This document shows, in pieces, positions 28,296 to 37,143 of a stretch of 64,000 nt of DNA. Below the pieces are notes generated by a model that saw only the letters and a list, made by a program, of their open reading frames with translations, ran no database searches and had not been told where the DNA came from. Position 1 is the stretch's first letter; each line of letters opens with the position of its first letter. The DNA lies in IMG/VR virus record IMGVR_UViG_3300021338_000003, positions 62,001-126,000 of that record; one strand, 5' to 3'. The position numbers were made by a program, and so were the translations under genes.

Positions 28296-28973
28296 ATGTT
28301 CGCTTTCCTTTTCATGCTGCTGTCGCTGGCACAGGCGACTACGTACAACGCCAAGATCTCATTCGAGATCCCGCTCAACCCCCCTCCTGCCGCCCTCGGC
28401 GACACCACGTACACGTACGTGGTCGGAAACGGTGTGGTAGATGACACCACCTTCTCTACCGACATCGTCGTCACTTCCACGTGGAGCAAGCTGAAGTGTC
28501 ACATCACCGAAGATGGTCTTCCGGTGATTGCCATCACGGGCAACAACTCCACGTGGCCGACTTCCGTTCCGGGAACCAACCCGACGTGCACCCACACGTA
28601 CAACGGAGACACCTTCGTCCTGACGATCGTACTCACCGAAGGTGATGACCACTACTGGCTCCCCCAGAAGTTCGACTGGACCAACGGCTGGGAGATCGAC
28701 GGTCCGGAGGGCTACTACCGTACGTGGCGTCCTCTTCCGGTGGAAACCGGAGGCTGGACGTACAAGTTGGGCCACTGGCCTGCAGTCAAGTCGGGCAACC
28801 CCTGGGACGGTGTGTGGTGCGAGGTGCAGGAGGTCGACAGCGGGACCCACCACTGGCTCATCATGCGCGCTCTGGTCGGTACTGCCGCACCCGAAGGTAC
28901 CGGCCACTGCGTCATCCAGCGCATCGGAACCACCAACGCACAGGTCGATATCGACATCGACGAGCTTCCCTAG
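28296..28973 (+). CDS. secreted beta-rich protein
   Basis: signal peptide MFAFLFMLLSLAQA; AGGAG RBS; Thr/Trp-rich. Confidence 0.7.
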   Translation: MFAFLFMLLSLAQATTYNAKISFEIPLNPPPAALGDTTYTYVVGNGVVDDTTFSTDIVVTSTWSKLKCHITEDGLPVIAITGNNSTWPTSVPGTNPTCTHTYNGDTFVLTIVLTEGDDHYWLPQKFDWTNGWEIDGPEGYYRTWRPLPVETGGWTYKLGHWPAVKSGNPWDGVWCEVQEVDSGTHHWLIMRALVGTAAPEGTGHCVIQRIGTTNAQVDIDIDELP

Positions 28974-29001
28974 AGAATACAGCTGATTAACTGATTAAAC
29001 G

Positions 29002-29037
29002 CGCCCCACTAACCGATCGGTTAGTGGGGCGTTTTTG
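29002..29037 (+). terminator. intrinsic terminator
   Basis: perfect 30-bp palindrome CGCCCCACTAACCGATCGGTTAGTGGGGCG followed by TTTTTG; preceded by CTGATTAA x2. Confidence 0.85.
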
Positions 29038-29043
29038 TATTAA

Positions 29044-29263
29044 ATGCTCATCGTGAAATTGATATGTCAAGTTTTCGGTCATAAAATGGTTCGATGCGGT
29101 CCATGCGGTCGAAGTATATGTTCGACATCCTGCAGACCCTACTGACGACGAGTACAGGCTAGGAGTATTCGACGAAAAGATGTGTACTCGATGTGGTCAA
29201 CAATCGAGGATTCTTAAAAAGGTCCTAGAACGCTGGTATTCTGACCTTGAAGGAGATTGGTAA
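29044..29263 (+). pseudogene. frameshifted DUF1660-like small zinc-binding gene
   Basis: KLICQVFGHK in one frame; removing one A at 29083-29086 gives FGHKW...CTRCG in a continuous frame ending at TAA 29261-29263. Confidence 0.5.
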
Positions 29264-29265
29264 CC

Positions 29266-29601
29266 ATGGCAAAAATTGTGTACATCTCAGGTCCACCTCG
29301 ATCCAGAAAGACCACCATTCTGCTTTCTGTCATGTGGTGGTCTTCAAAGGAAGAGGAAAAGCATGCCTACCTGTCCCCCTTCCCTGACTACGTGGACACT
29401 CCTTCCTATGTGACCAACATCCGGTTGGGGGTTGACGACGGTTTGGCCAACGTGGTGCATAAGTTGAAGTCGAGAGGTATCGAAAATCTCTTCGTCGATG
29501 AGATGGATTCGGTTTTCACTCGCTATCGACAGGCCGAGATTCTACAAACCCTTCAAGAGGTCAAGACGATCAAGCACATCTATTGGGTCCGCTATGAGTA
29601 G
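29266..29601 (+). CDS. small degenerate P-loop NTPase-like protein
   Basis: YISGPPRSRKTT (Walker A-like, G to R changes) and LFVDE (Walker B-like). Confidence 0.5.
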   Translation: MAKIVYISGPPRSRKTTILLSVMWWSSKEEEKHAYLSPFPDYVDTPSYVTNIRLGVDDGLANVVHKLKSRGIENLFVDEMDSVFTRYRQAEILQTLQEVKTIKHIYWVRYE

Positions 29602-29953
29602 ACCCTGGGTCAATCAATACCGACAGCCCATCGGCTTTGACCCCTCTCATTCGGGCGGGTTCACTCCTCCTGTCCAACATCGGACATTTGAAGTCAAGAT
29701 CGGATTCAGTATCCATTTGTGGGAGGGGTTTGTATTCGTGAGAAACCCTCCGCCCGGTATCCTTCGGCAGTGGCTCAAGACGGACCGTCTCTGGACGAAC
29801 AAAAAGATTCGGAAGACACCCCTGTCGGCCATTCGTCGTATATGGCGCAACGAGGTGTATAGGCACCCTGTGTCAGCTAGGGACATCACTACTTCCATTA
29901 CCAAAGACATGGATGAAAGAATCATGGTGTCTATCCTCGGAGGCAATGCCTAA
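29594..29953 (+). CDS. hypothetical protein
   Basis: ORF 29498..29953; ATG overlaps the upstream gene end. Confidence 0.5.
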   Translation: MSRPWVNQYRQPIGFDPSHSGGFTPPVQHRTFEVKIGFSIHLWEGFVFVRNPPPGILRQWLKTDRLWTNKKIRKTPLSAIRRIWRNEVYRHPVSARDITTSITKDMDERIMVSILGGNA

Positions 29954-29982
29954 ATCCGGTGTTCCAACCTGGAGACTCTCAA

Positions 29983-31131
29983 ATGCAGCACGGCAAGTTC
30001 AACATCTTCCTCGACAGCCAACACGGTAGCAGCGGGAAGGGTCTCATGACCCCTTTTCTGGCTGACCGGTATGAGTCCCGGTGTGTCAGCACTGCCAACT
30101 TCCCCAACGCCGGCCACGTCACCCGTCGTGCCGATGGGTCTGTGTTCATGGCCAAGGCCATTGCTACGGCAGCGTTCCTGAACCGGTATGGACAGACCGT
30201 GGACGCCTACATCTCCCCTGGTTCGGGGTTCTACCCCGAACGGTTCCTCTTCGAGTGGAACGAGTGCGGACGGCCCGATGTCTACATCCACGGCCGCGCT
30301 TCTGTGGTCACCGAAGACCATGCTGCTCGGGAGCGGGAAGGCAAGCAGTCCACCAAGCATATCGCGTCCACCATGCAGGGGTCTGGGGTTGCCATCTCCG
30401 ATAAGGTGATGCGGGGTCAGGGTATCCTTCTGGCTCGGAACATCGATTGGGAGCTTGAGGCCAAGAAGGTTGGCATCGATGGCGACCTTTCCTCTATCCA
30501 CGTTCTGTCTGCCCAGGACTTCCGAAACCGGGTATTTGAGGAAATCCCCAAGACTACGTGGCTTCACGAGGGTAGTCAGGGGTATGCCCTATCCATTGAC
30601 CACGGAAGCCACTACCCCCAGTGTACCTCGCGCAACTGTTCTGCCCAGGCAGCCATGGACTACATGGCCATCCCCCCGAAGATGGTCGGGGATGTCTACT
30701 TGAACGTTCGCACTTTTCCAATCCGGGTTGGCAACGTCAAGGATGACGATGGCAATGTCCTGGGATATTCTGGAGACTTCTACCCTGACCAGACCGAAAT
30801 CACCTGGGACAAAATTGCCGATGACGCCGGATTCCCCCCGGAGGCCAAGGCCGAGCTGTTCAAGAAGGAACATACCTCGGTCACCAAGCGCCTGCGCCGG
30901 GTCAGCACCCTATCCTATTCGGCGCTCCGCGACGCTGTCCGAGTCAATGGTTGCACGAAGCTTGCTTTGAACTTCGTGCACTACAACGACTACAAGGACC
31001 TTGGAGTGACCGAGTTCGCCAAGCTTTCCCAGAAGACTAGAGAGATGGTTGACCGCTTGGAAGATGAGACCGGCGTTCGAGTGGCTCTCATTGGTACCAG
31101 CGCCTTCCACGAGACGGTAATCCTACGGTAG
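29983..31131 (+). CDS. purZ: N6-succino-2-amino-2'-deoxyadenylate synthase PurZ (adenylosuccinate synthetase paralogue)
   Basis: DSQHGSSGKG (Ser at the PurA catalytic Asp), PNAGH, IASTMQG, EGSQG, YPQCTSR, PIRVG, SGDFYPDQTEITW, TSVTKRLRR, and LNF in place of the PurA TKLD GTP motif; GGAGA RBS before ATG 29983. Confidence 0.85.
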   Translation: MQHGKFNIFLDSQHGSSGKGLMTPFLADRYESRCVSTANFPNAGHVTRRADGSVFMAKAIATAAFLNRYGQTVDAYISPGSGFYPERFLFEWNECGRPDVYIHGRASVVTEDHAAREREGKQSTKHIASTMQGSGVAISDKVMRGQGILLARNIDWELEAKKVGIDGDLSSIHVLSAQDFRNRVFEEIPKTTWLHEGSQGYALSIDHGSHYPQCTSRNCSAQAAMDYMAIPPKMVGDVYLNVRTFPIRVGNVKDDDGNVLGYSGDFYPDQTEITWDKIADDAGFPPEAKAELFKKEHTSVTKRLRRVSTLSYSALRDAVRVNGCTKLALNFVHYNDYKDLGVTEFAKLSQKTREMVDRLEDETGVRVALIGTSAFHETVILR

Positions 31132-31141
31132 TGGAGAAAGC

Positions 31142-31477
31142 ATGGACAATGGTACCCGGTTTGTCACTCTCAATGGTGGCAAGCATACCCTGGCTCTCAT
31201 CGAGAGCCTGGACATCATCGCCAAGAACACTGGTGAGGTGGTCAAGTCGCTGAAGAATTTGGAGAAGAACAGCCTTGCCTCTTCTCTAGAGAAATCAGTA
31301 CATGATGAGAAGCAGGAAAAACTTCAAGCCGATGCTGAAGAGCTTGAATGCGTTCGGATGTACCTGGATAGTATAGACGCCCCACTATGGGGCGAAGATG
31401 ACCATGGCAACACTGTGAAGTTGACCACTGTAGGCCGCGTCATGAACGCCATTCGAGCGGTTAAGGAGGGGAGGTGA
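31142..31477 (+). CDS. hypothetical protein
   Basis: GGAG RBS. Confidence 0.6.
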   Translation: MDNGTRFVTLNGGKHTLALIESLDIIAKNTGEVVKSLKNLEKNSLASSLEKSVHDEKQEKLQADAEELECVRMYLDSIDAPLWGEDDHGNTVKLTTVGRVMNAIRAVKEGR

Positions 31478-31929
31478 TTAAACTCCTCAACAGGATTCTT
31501 GCGCGGGTAGGATACGAACTTCGTAGCACTAGTGAAGAGTGGTGGCCAGCCTGGGAAGGTTTGCCGGAGCTTCCACCAACACCGTACGATACTCTACCGA
31601 ATTTTCGGGGAGCAGATGACGAGGCTTTGGCTTTGCTTATGCTCCACGAAGTGGTGATGGTCAGCCCAAGGGGAAAGTTGTTTGTTCTGGCAAGCGATAC
31701 GTTCTACTGGGCTTGTGCGGATGCAGAGGATCTTCCAACATGGCCTGAGATGGAGGACGGTTCGCCGTTGTGGAATCTCTATGACCTCTTCCGTGCACAT
31801 GGTCATTCAGGGGTTACGATATGGCTTGTGCAGCAACGCAAGCAACGACCCATTGCTCCTATTGTAGAGCGTCTCAAAGCAAATGGGCTGTGGTCAGATG
31901 AAATGGATACCTATCCGGAGGCGTCATAG
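31474..31929 (+). CDS. hypothetical protein
   Basis: GTGA overlap; SDTFYWACADAEDL motif seen in other phage hypotheticals. Confidence 0.65.
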   Translation: MIKLLNRILARVGYELRSTSEEWWPAWEGLPELPPTPYDTLPNFRGADDEALALLMLHEVVMVSPRGKLFVLASDTFYWACADAEDLPTWPEMEDGSPLWNLYDLFRAHGHSGVTIWLVQQRKQRPIAPIVERLKANGLWSDEMDTYPEAS

Positions 31930-31930
31930 G

Positions 31931-32170
31931 ATGTTTGAATATATCGTCAAAGAACGGATGTATGAGGCTGGGGTTATGCTTGTGGTATTGTCTGCCGTGT
32001 GGATGATCACAGTGGCTTCTATAGCCACCACTCTCCAAAACGTATATGGCAAGGTAGACCCATGCCCGGTTACTCCATACCGGTGCTCCTCGGGGTGCAA
32101 GCCCCTGACCATGAGCAACAACACCTGCACTGAATGTCAGTGCGGAGACCAGTTTGTAATCTCTGAATAG
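31931..32170 (+). CDS. small membrane protein with Cys-rich C-terminus
   Basis: hydrophobic helix plus six Cys. Confidence 0.5.
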   Translation: MFEYIVKERMYEAGVMLVVLSAVWMITVASIATTLQNVYGKVDPCPVTPYRCSSGCKPLTMSNNTCTECQCGDQFVISE

Positions 32171-32182
32171 GAGGTCCAGAAA

Positions 32183-32374
32183 GTGGGCAAGCGAAAGAAG
32201 CCATCCACCCAGTACCACATGCAAGTCAACCAACTCATTCTTGCCGGGTGGAAGATGAAGAACCACAAGGCTCGGTGTTTCAATACCCGAGGTGCCATCC
32301 TCGCTAGGGATGGCAGCCAGAAGTTCGTAGCCTGGAATGGGAACGTGTCTGATGTTCAGGAGGCTATGACATGA
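32183..32374 (+). CDS. small basic hypothetical protein
   Basis: AGGAGG RBS. Confidence 0.5.
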   Translation: MGKRKKPSTQYHMQVNQLILAGWKMKNHKARCFNTRGAILARDGSQKFVAWNGNVSDVQEAMT

Positions 32375-32727
32375 TGGACCCGCCCTCGGCCCCCGAAGAG
32401 ATGGCCACTCAAGAGGATTTCGATATCTTTCAGGCTCAAGCATCTTTCCCGGATGCCAAGAAAGCCCGCGCCATGACCTTGGAAGTCACTCTTATTGATG
32501 GACGAATACTGCGGTGTGATAATACCCAAATGAACAGAAATAACTTGTGCAATTATGGATGGTCCACGGCATATGGTCTGTTCATTGACGTCAAGGAAGT
32601 GGTAGACTGGAAGTTCTGTCACACCGACAAGTTGACCGATGGGGATATCGCCGGGAACATGCGGGACCAGAGAAGAGGCGCTTTTCCTTTCGGGGGTGAG
32701 TCTGACACACTATTTTGTCCGAGTTAG
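32371..32727 (+). CDS. hypothetical protein
   Basis: ATGA overlap. Confidence 0.55.
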   Translation: MMDPPSAPEEMATQEDFDIFQAQASFPDAKKARAMTLEVTLIDGRILRCDNTQMNRNNLCNYGWSTAYGLFIDVKEVVDWKFCHTDKLTDGDIAGNMRDQRRGAFPFGGESDTLFCPS

Positions 32728-32966
32728 AACATGTACTGGGTCTCCCTCCTAATGTGGGCATTTTGGAGTGGGCCAGTAAGACGGCCAACCTTGCTAATCT
32801 GGCCGAAGCCAAGTATGTTGGCCACACGTACAGGACTGGTTTTGATAGCCGCAGTAGCCTTCACAAGGCGGCGGATGACCGGGATCAACTGCGGATTCCC
32901 GCAGTTGAGGTGAACCAGACTTACGTATGGCCCAATCCCGAGTGGCCGACTCCAGACGAGGGCTGA
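32715..32966 (+). CDS. hypothetical protein
   Basis: ORF fills the gap before a promoter. Confidence 0.45.
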   Translation: MSELEHVLGLPPNVGILEWASKTANLANLAEAKYVGHTYRTGFDSRSSLHKAADDRDQLRIPAVEVNQTYVWPNPEWPTPDEG

Positions 32967-32978
32967 CGATCTTTGCAC

Positions 32979-33007
32979 TTGCGCCTCCTTGTGTGCCATG
33001 TTATAAT
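32979..33007 (+). promoter_or_regulatory. sigma70-like promoter, TGCCRTGY family
   Basis: TTGCGC-17-TATAAT with TGCCATGT; AAGGAGG RBS, ATG 33027. Confidence 0.85.
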
Positions 33008-33026
33008 GACTACACAAGGAGGCAAA

Positions 33027-33446
33027 ATGCACAACGAAGCATTCGACCACATCCTCGAAGAGATCGTATCCCTGGAGCGTCGCTCCGCTGAGTGTCGTAA
33101 GATGTACGACGAGAGTCCCAAGGCCGACGCTGTCCGGAACGCTCGCCTGAGTGGGAAGCGGATGGCCTACGACCACTCGGCGAGCCTGATGCGCAACGCC
33201 CTGGGTCGTGCCGAGTCCATTGAGGCCGCCGCCCAGAATGAAGACGTCGGCCGGCACCAGGAAGCCATCCTTCTGCTGCGCCGCATCCTGGAATGGGCTG
33301 AGGATAGCGGCGAAATGCAAATGCAAGTGACCGCTGACAAGATCCGAGAGTTCCTGGACAACGAGAAGATCAGCCAGGCGACTCAGGACCACAAGCTGAT
33401 GAACGGACTCCGAAACCTCGGACTCGTTCGGGAGACACCCAAGTGA
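33027..33446 (+). CDS. hypothetical helical protein
   Basis: promoter plus strong RBS. Confidence 0.7.
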   Translation: MHNEAFDHILEEIVSLERRSAECRKMYDESPKADAVRNARLSGKRMAYDHSASLMRNALGRAESIEAAAQNEDVGRHQEAILLLRRILEWAEDSGEMQMQVTADKIREFLDNEKISQATQDHKLMNGLRNLGLVRETPK

Positions 33447-33562
33447 TGACCAGTGACGCCGAAACCGATCGTGCGTTGGAGAAGGACTGGGACGACCTGG
33501 CCACCTCAATGCCGATGCGCGACGACGCACTTCCTGATGACATTCCCTTCTAGGAGTCAAGC

Positions 33563-34153
33563 ATGTTCACCAATACTGTTGTGTACGCCGGAATCGGAGA
33601 GGGCAAGGGCAACTGGGTCAAGGCTCAGGTCAAGGCTCACCTCGACTTTCACCCCGACAACAACGCCATCGTCTTCGACGTGGAAGGGAATTGGCAGCCA
33701 TCGGACGAGATGATCCAGATGTTTGGCCAGCGGGAAAACCAACGTCTATTCGTCCTCTTGGGCATCCGGTCTGCCCAAGGAATCATGAACAACATCGAGG
33801 AGCACATCCGAGTCCCTCTCTGCAACGAGACCGAGGGGATGCTGGTCGTGGTCACGAGTGTTGAGGCCATCCGGGTATCCCCGGACTACGGGAACATCGG
33901 TGGGTTCATCAGGTGTCTTCATGCTGACGACCGATTCAGCACCCTGGTCACCCGCTTCGTGGTCAAAAACCCTCCCTTCATCAAGGACCTCGGTGTCAGG
34001 AGCTTCGCCCACACCTATGCCCTCGGCAATCACATCCCTTCCTCCGAGGTGAGCACCAGGGTGTTCCTTGAGAAGGAGAATGAGTCCACCGGAGCAGGTG
34101 CGAAGGCCCTGGCCTACTTCCCCCAGGATACCTGCACCGATCGGGATGAATGA
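33563..34153 (+). CDS. hypothetical protein
   Basis: AGGAG RBS. Confidence 0.7.
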   Translation: MFTNTVVYAGIGEGKGNWVKAQVKAHLDFHPDNNAIVFDVEGNWQPSDEMIQMFGQRENQRLFVLLGIRSAQGIMNNIEEHIRVPLCNETEGMLVVVTSVEAIRVSPDYGNIGGFIRCLHADDRFSTLVTRFVVKNPPFIKDLGVRSFAHTYALGNHIPSSEVSTRVFLEKENESTGAGAKALAYFPQDTCTDRDE

Positions 34154-34154
34154 C

Positions 34155-34340
34155 ATGAAGCTCAAGAACAGGGTCACCAAGCTTCAGGCTGAGTTAGATG
34201 AGGCAAGGTCTCATCTGAAGGATATGGAGGAGAGTCTCTATATCCTCGTCACCGAAAGTCCCCTAGCCAACAACAAAATTGCCCTCGGTGTCATCCGAGG
34301 ATGCTTTCTGACCTCTCTGAAGAAGATGGAGAACCCATGA
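34155..34340 (+). CDS. small coiled-coil hypothetical protein
   Basis: part of ORF 34068..34340. Confidence 0.45.
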   Translation: MKLKNRVTKLQAELDEARSHLKDMEESLYILVTESPLANNKIALGVIRGCFLTSLKKMENP

Positions 34341-34885
34341 ATGCTCTCGAACAGGCCCTCCGGAAGAAGGGTTTCAAGAACTCCTGTGATGCCCACGAGG
34401 GCTGGCTGTACATGGATTTGCAGTTCTCTTACCCCCGCCGGCTGCCCCATGGTGATGGTCCTCCCTGTAGGAGCATCCATTCTGGAGGTGTACATGTCAG
34501 TTTCGCTACCAATGAGGAGGTAGAGGTCAACGCACTTCTCATGGCCGAGAAGTGCGTTGATAAGGCCCTGACATTGGCTTGTGCCAATAACGGATGGGAG
34601 TATGCCCATGCATACTCCTACCCAGACGGGTCCCTTTACCAGTATGTCCGGGTACCCTTCGATGAATCTCGGACTGAGGCCAAGGTATACGAGGAAGTTC
34701 AACATGAAGTTGGCAGCCTCGTTCGCAGTCTGTCTCTTCATGAGGTCAGTCAGGGCCAGGAGGACGACCCTCGCGGAATCGACCCTGAATGGGTGATTGA
34801 TGTGGTCAAGGTATTCCCTGTAGACCCGAGTGATAAGGTCAACAACCTAGACAACAAGAGTTGGCATGGGAGTTCCAATGTCTGA
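34337..34885 (+). CDS. hypothetical protein
   Basis: ATGA overlap, GGAG RBS. Confidence 0.6.
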   Translation: MNALEQALRKKGFKNSCDAHEGWLYMDLQFSYPRRLPHGDGPPCRSIHSGGVHVSFATNEEVEVNALLMAEKCVDKALTLACANNGWEYAHAYSYPDGSLYQYVRVPFDESRTEAKVYEEVQHEVGSLVRSLSLHEVSQGQEDDPRGIDPEWVIDVVKVFPVDPSDKVNNLDNKSWHGSSNV

Positions 34886-35195
34886 TTCTGAACTCGATCC
34901 TGGCAAGGAGTGGTCGACCGGAGAGCCTATCACCTTCATGAAGCCCCAGGGTGATGAATCCGAATCCGATGGGTGGGTGGTCTGGCATATTTGTGACATG
35001 ACATATGTGCTCCTCTGTGAGGATGGGGCTATCACTACCGACCCCACCATGTGCAAGGTGTTCGACACCCATGAAGAGGCGAATGAACTTGTCAACAAGG
35101 TGCGTGAGTCCTGGCCCAAGGCCGACGATTTCGGAATCGGCGTATCGGGCCTCACCGATCGCCAGGGATTCTTGAGCGCCGGGGAAACGTGGTAG
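34878..35195 (+). CDS. hypothetical protein
   Basis: ORF 34866..35195. Confidence 0.55.
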   Translation: MSDSELDPGKEWSTGEPITFMKPQGDESESDGWVVWHICDMTYVLLCEDGAITTDPTMCKVFDTHEEANELVNKVRESWPKADDFGIGVSGLTDRQGFLSAGETW

Positions 35196-35244
35196 GGTTC
35201 CTGGGCTAAACAGGACCCATTCACCTGATTGAGAGGCTCCAAAA

Positions 35245-37143
35245 ATGGCCAAGAGCAAGGAATATAACAAGGACTCCATTCGCCAGCTCCAAGGGCTGGA
35301 ACCCATCCGCCTGCGCCCCGGCATGTATGTGGGTGGTTCGGGCAAGGGAGGATTCCACCATATCCTATGGGAGGTCATCGACAACTCGGTCGATGAATTC
35401 CTGGCCAATCACTGCACCAAGATTCGGGTTCGGATCGATACCAAGCGCAACGTGGCTTCTGTCGAGGACGACGGACGAGGCATTCCTACCGAGACTCACG
35501 CCCAGACTGGCGAACCCACTATCGTATCGATCTTCACCAAACTTCACATGGGCGGGAAGTTCGAACGAGGTGAGGCGTATGCCCTATCCGGCGGTCTCCA
35601 TGGTGTTGGTGCCAAGGCCACCTGTGCCCTATCCGATCGGATGACCGTTTGGTCCTTCCGGGGTAAGAGGGTATACCGGGCTGATTTCTCGAAGGGAAAG
35701 ACTGTCAAGCATGGTCCTGACAAGAAGTCCAAGCCTCGGCCACATGGAACCAAGGTCATGTTCCACCCAGACCCTGAGATCTTCCGAAAGATCAAGTTCG
35801 ACGTGGACCTCATCCGGAATCGAATCCGGTCTACCTCTCACCTCTGCCCAGGTCTCACCATTCTGTTGGTGATCGATGGTAACAAACCCGAGGTATTCAA
35901 GTCCTCTGAGGGTCTGTCCGGTCTTCTGCGGGAGCACTTGGGCAAAGAAGAGCCCCTGTTCGATGAGCCTCTTACCTTCAACCTCCATGACTCGGAGACC
36001 AAAGAGGGCATCGAGGTCTCCATGTGGTGGACCGATGGTGATGGGGAGAAGTGGTACACCTTCGTCAATATGATTGACATCGAAGGTGGGTCCTATGAGC
36101 CTGGTGCTAAGTCCGCAATCACCAGGGAACTCAAGAAATTCTGCAAGGCCGACAAGGTGTCGGGTGATGATTTCCGAGACGGTATGCGGGTGGCCTGTCA
36201 CATCAAGCTCCGGGACCCCCAGTTCGAGGGCCAGACCAAGAACAAGCTCAACAACCCGGAGATGTCCAGTATTGCGGAAAGGGTGTTTGGGGCGCGGCTC
36301 CGAAACTTCCTATCGAAGAACCCGGCCATTACCAAGAAGATCATTACCCGTGCCACTGAGCTTGCCAAGGCCCGGGCAGCCTACAAGGCCAGCCGGAAGA
36401 TCGCCACCCAGACAGCCTATGCCAAGGACCCATCCTCTCGTCGAGGGCTGCCGATGAAGCTCACGGCTGCGCTGGGATGCAAGGCCGAAGACCGCGAACT
36501 CTTCATTGTTGAGGGTGGGTCGGCTGGTGGCTCCGCTATCCGCGGTCGCGACGGAAAGTGTCAAGAGGTTTTGGCACTTCGGGGAAAGATCCCCAATGTC
36601 ACTCCCATCACTGACATGGTGAAGCTTTCGAAGGTGTTCGAGAATGAGGAGATCGACGCCATTATTCGGTCCGTAGGGGCAGGACACGACCTGGAGATGC
36701 CTGGTGAGTCCTGTGACCCCGAGAAGGCACGGGTAGGCAAGGTGGTTCTCTTGACCGATGCCGATGCCGATGGTGGCCACATCGATGCCCTCCTCCTAGG
36801 TTTCATGCTTCGATTCATGTACCCACTGGTGGAGAAGGGTATGGTGTGGGTGGCCCGTCCTCCCCTTTTCGTGGCCAAGTGGGGCAACAACCGGGTATAT
36901 GGTGACTCCCGGGAGGAGGTCATCGGTCTGGCTCAGAAGAAGGGCGTGAAGAAGCCCCAGGTAAGCCGGTTCAAGGGTCTAGGTGAGATGAATGCAGCCG
37001 AGTTGGCCGAAACCAGCATGAGCCACAAGACCCGCCGTCTACAGCAAATCACCGCCGATCGGTCTAGCATTCAGAAGGTCATTGACCTGATGGGGTCGGA
37101 CTCGACCGCCCGTAAGCAACTCTTGCTGGGGGATGACGCGTGA
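35245..37143 (+). CDS. gyrB: type IIA DNA topoisomerase subunit B (GyrB/ParE-like)
   Basis: LQGLEPIRLRPGMYVG, EVIDNSVDE, DDGRGIP, GGLHGVG (GHKL ATPase); FEGQTK; ELFIVEGGSAGG, LRGKI, TDADADGGHI, RFKGLGEMN (TOPRIM). Confidence 0.95.
   Translation: MAKSKEYNKDSIRQLQGLEPIRLRPGMYVGGSGKGGFHHILWEVIDNSVDEFLANHCTKIRVRIDTKRNVASVEDDGRGIPTETHAQTGEPTIVSIFTKLHMGGKFERGEAYALSGGLHGVGAKATCALSDRMTVWSFRGKRVYRADFSKGKTVKHGPDKKSKPRPHGTKVMFHPDPEIFRKIKFDVDLIRNRIRSTSHLCPGLTILLVIDGNKPEVFKSSEGLSGLLREHLGKEEPLFDEPLTFNLHDSETKEGIEVSMWWTDGDGEKWYTFVNMIDIEGGSYEPGAKSAITRELKKFCKADKVSGDDFRDGMRVACHIKLRDPQFEGQTKNKLNNPEMSSIAERVFGARLRNFLSKNPAITKKIITRATELAKARAAYKASRKIATQTAYAKDPSSRRGLPMKLTAALGCKAEDRELFIVEGGSAGGSAIRGRDGKCQEVLALRGKIPNVTPITDMVKLSKVFENEEIDAIIRSVGAGHDLEMPGESCDPEKARVGKVVLLTDADADGGHIDALLLGFMLRFMYPLVEKGMVWVARPPLFVAKWGNNRVYGDSREEVIGLAQKKGVKKPQVSRFKGLGEMNAAELAETSMSHKTRRLQQITADRSSIQKVIDLMGSDSTARKQLLLGDDA

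Noticed and set aside
29983-31131. Ordinary PurA auxiliary metabolic gene
   Set aside because: Lacks the catalytic Asp of GDEGKG and the TKLD GTP motif; the residues match PurZ instead
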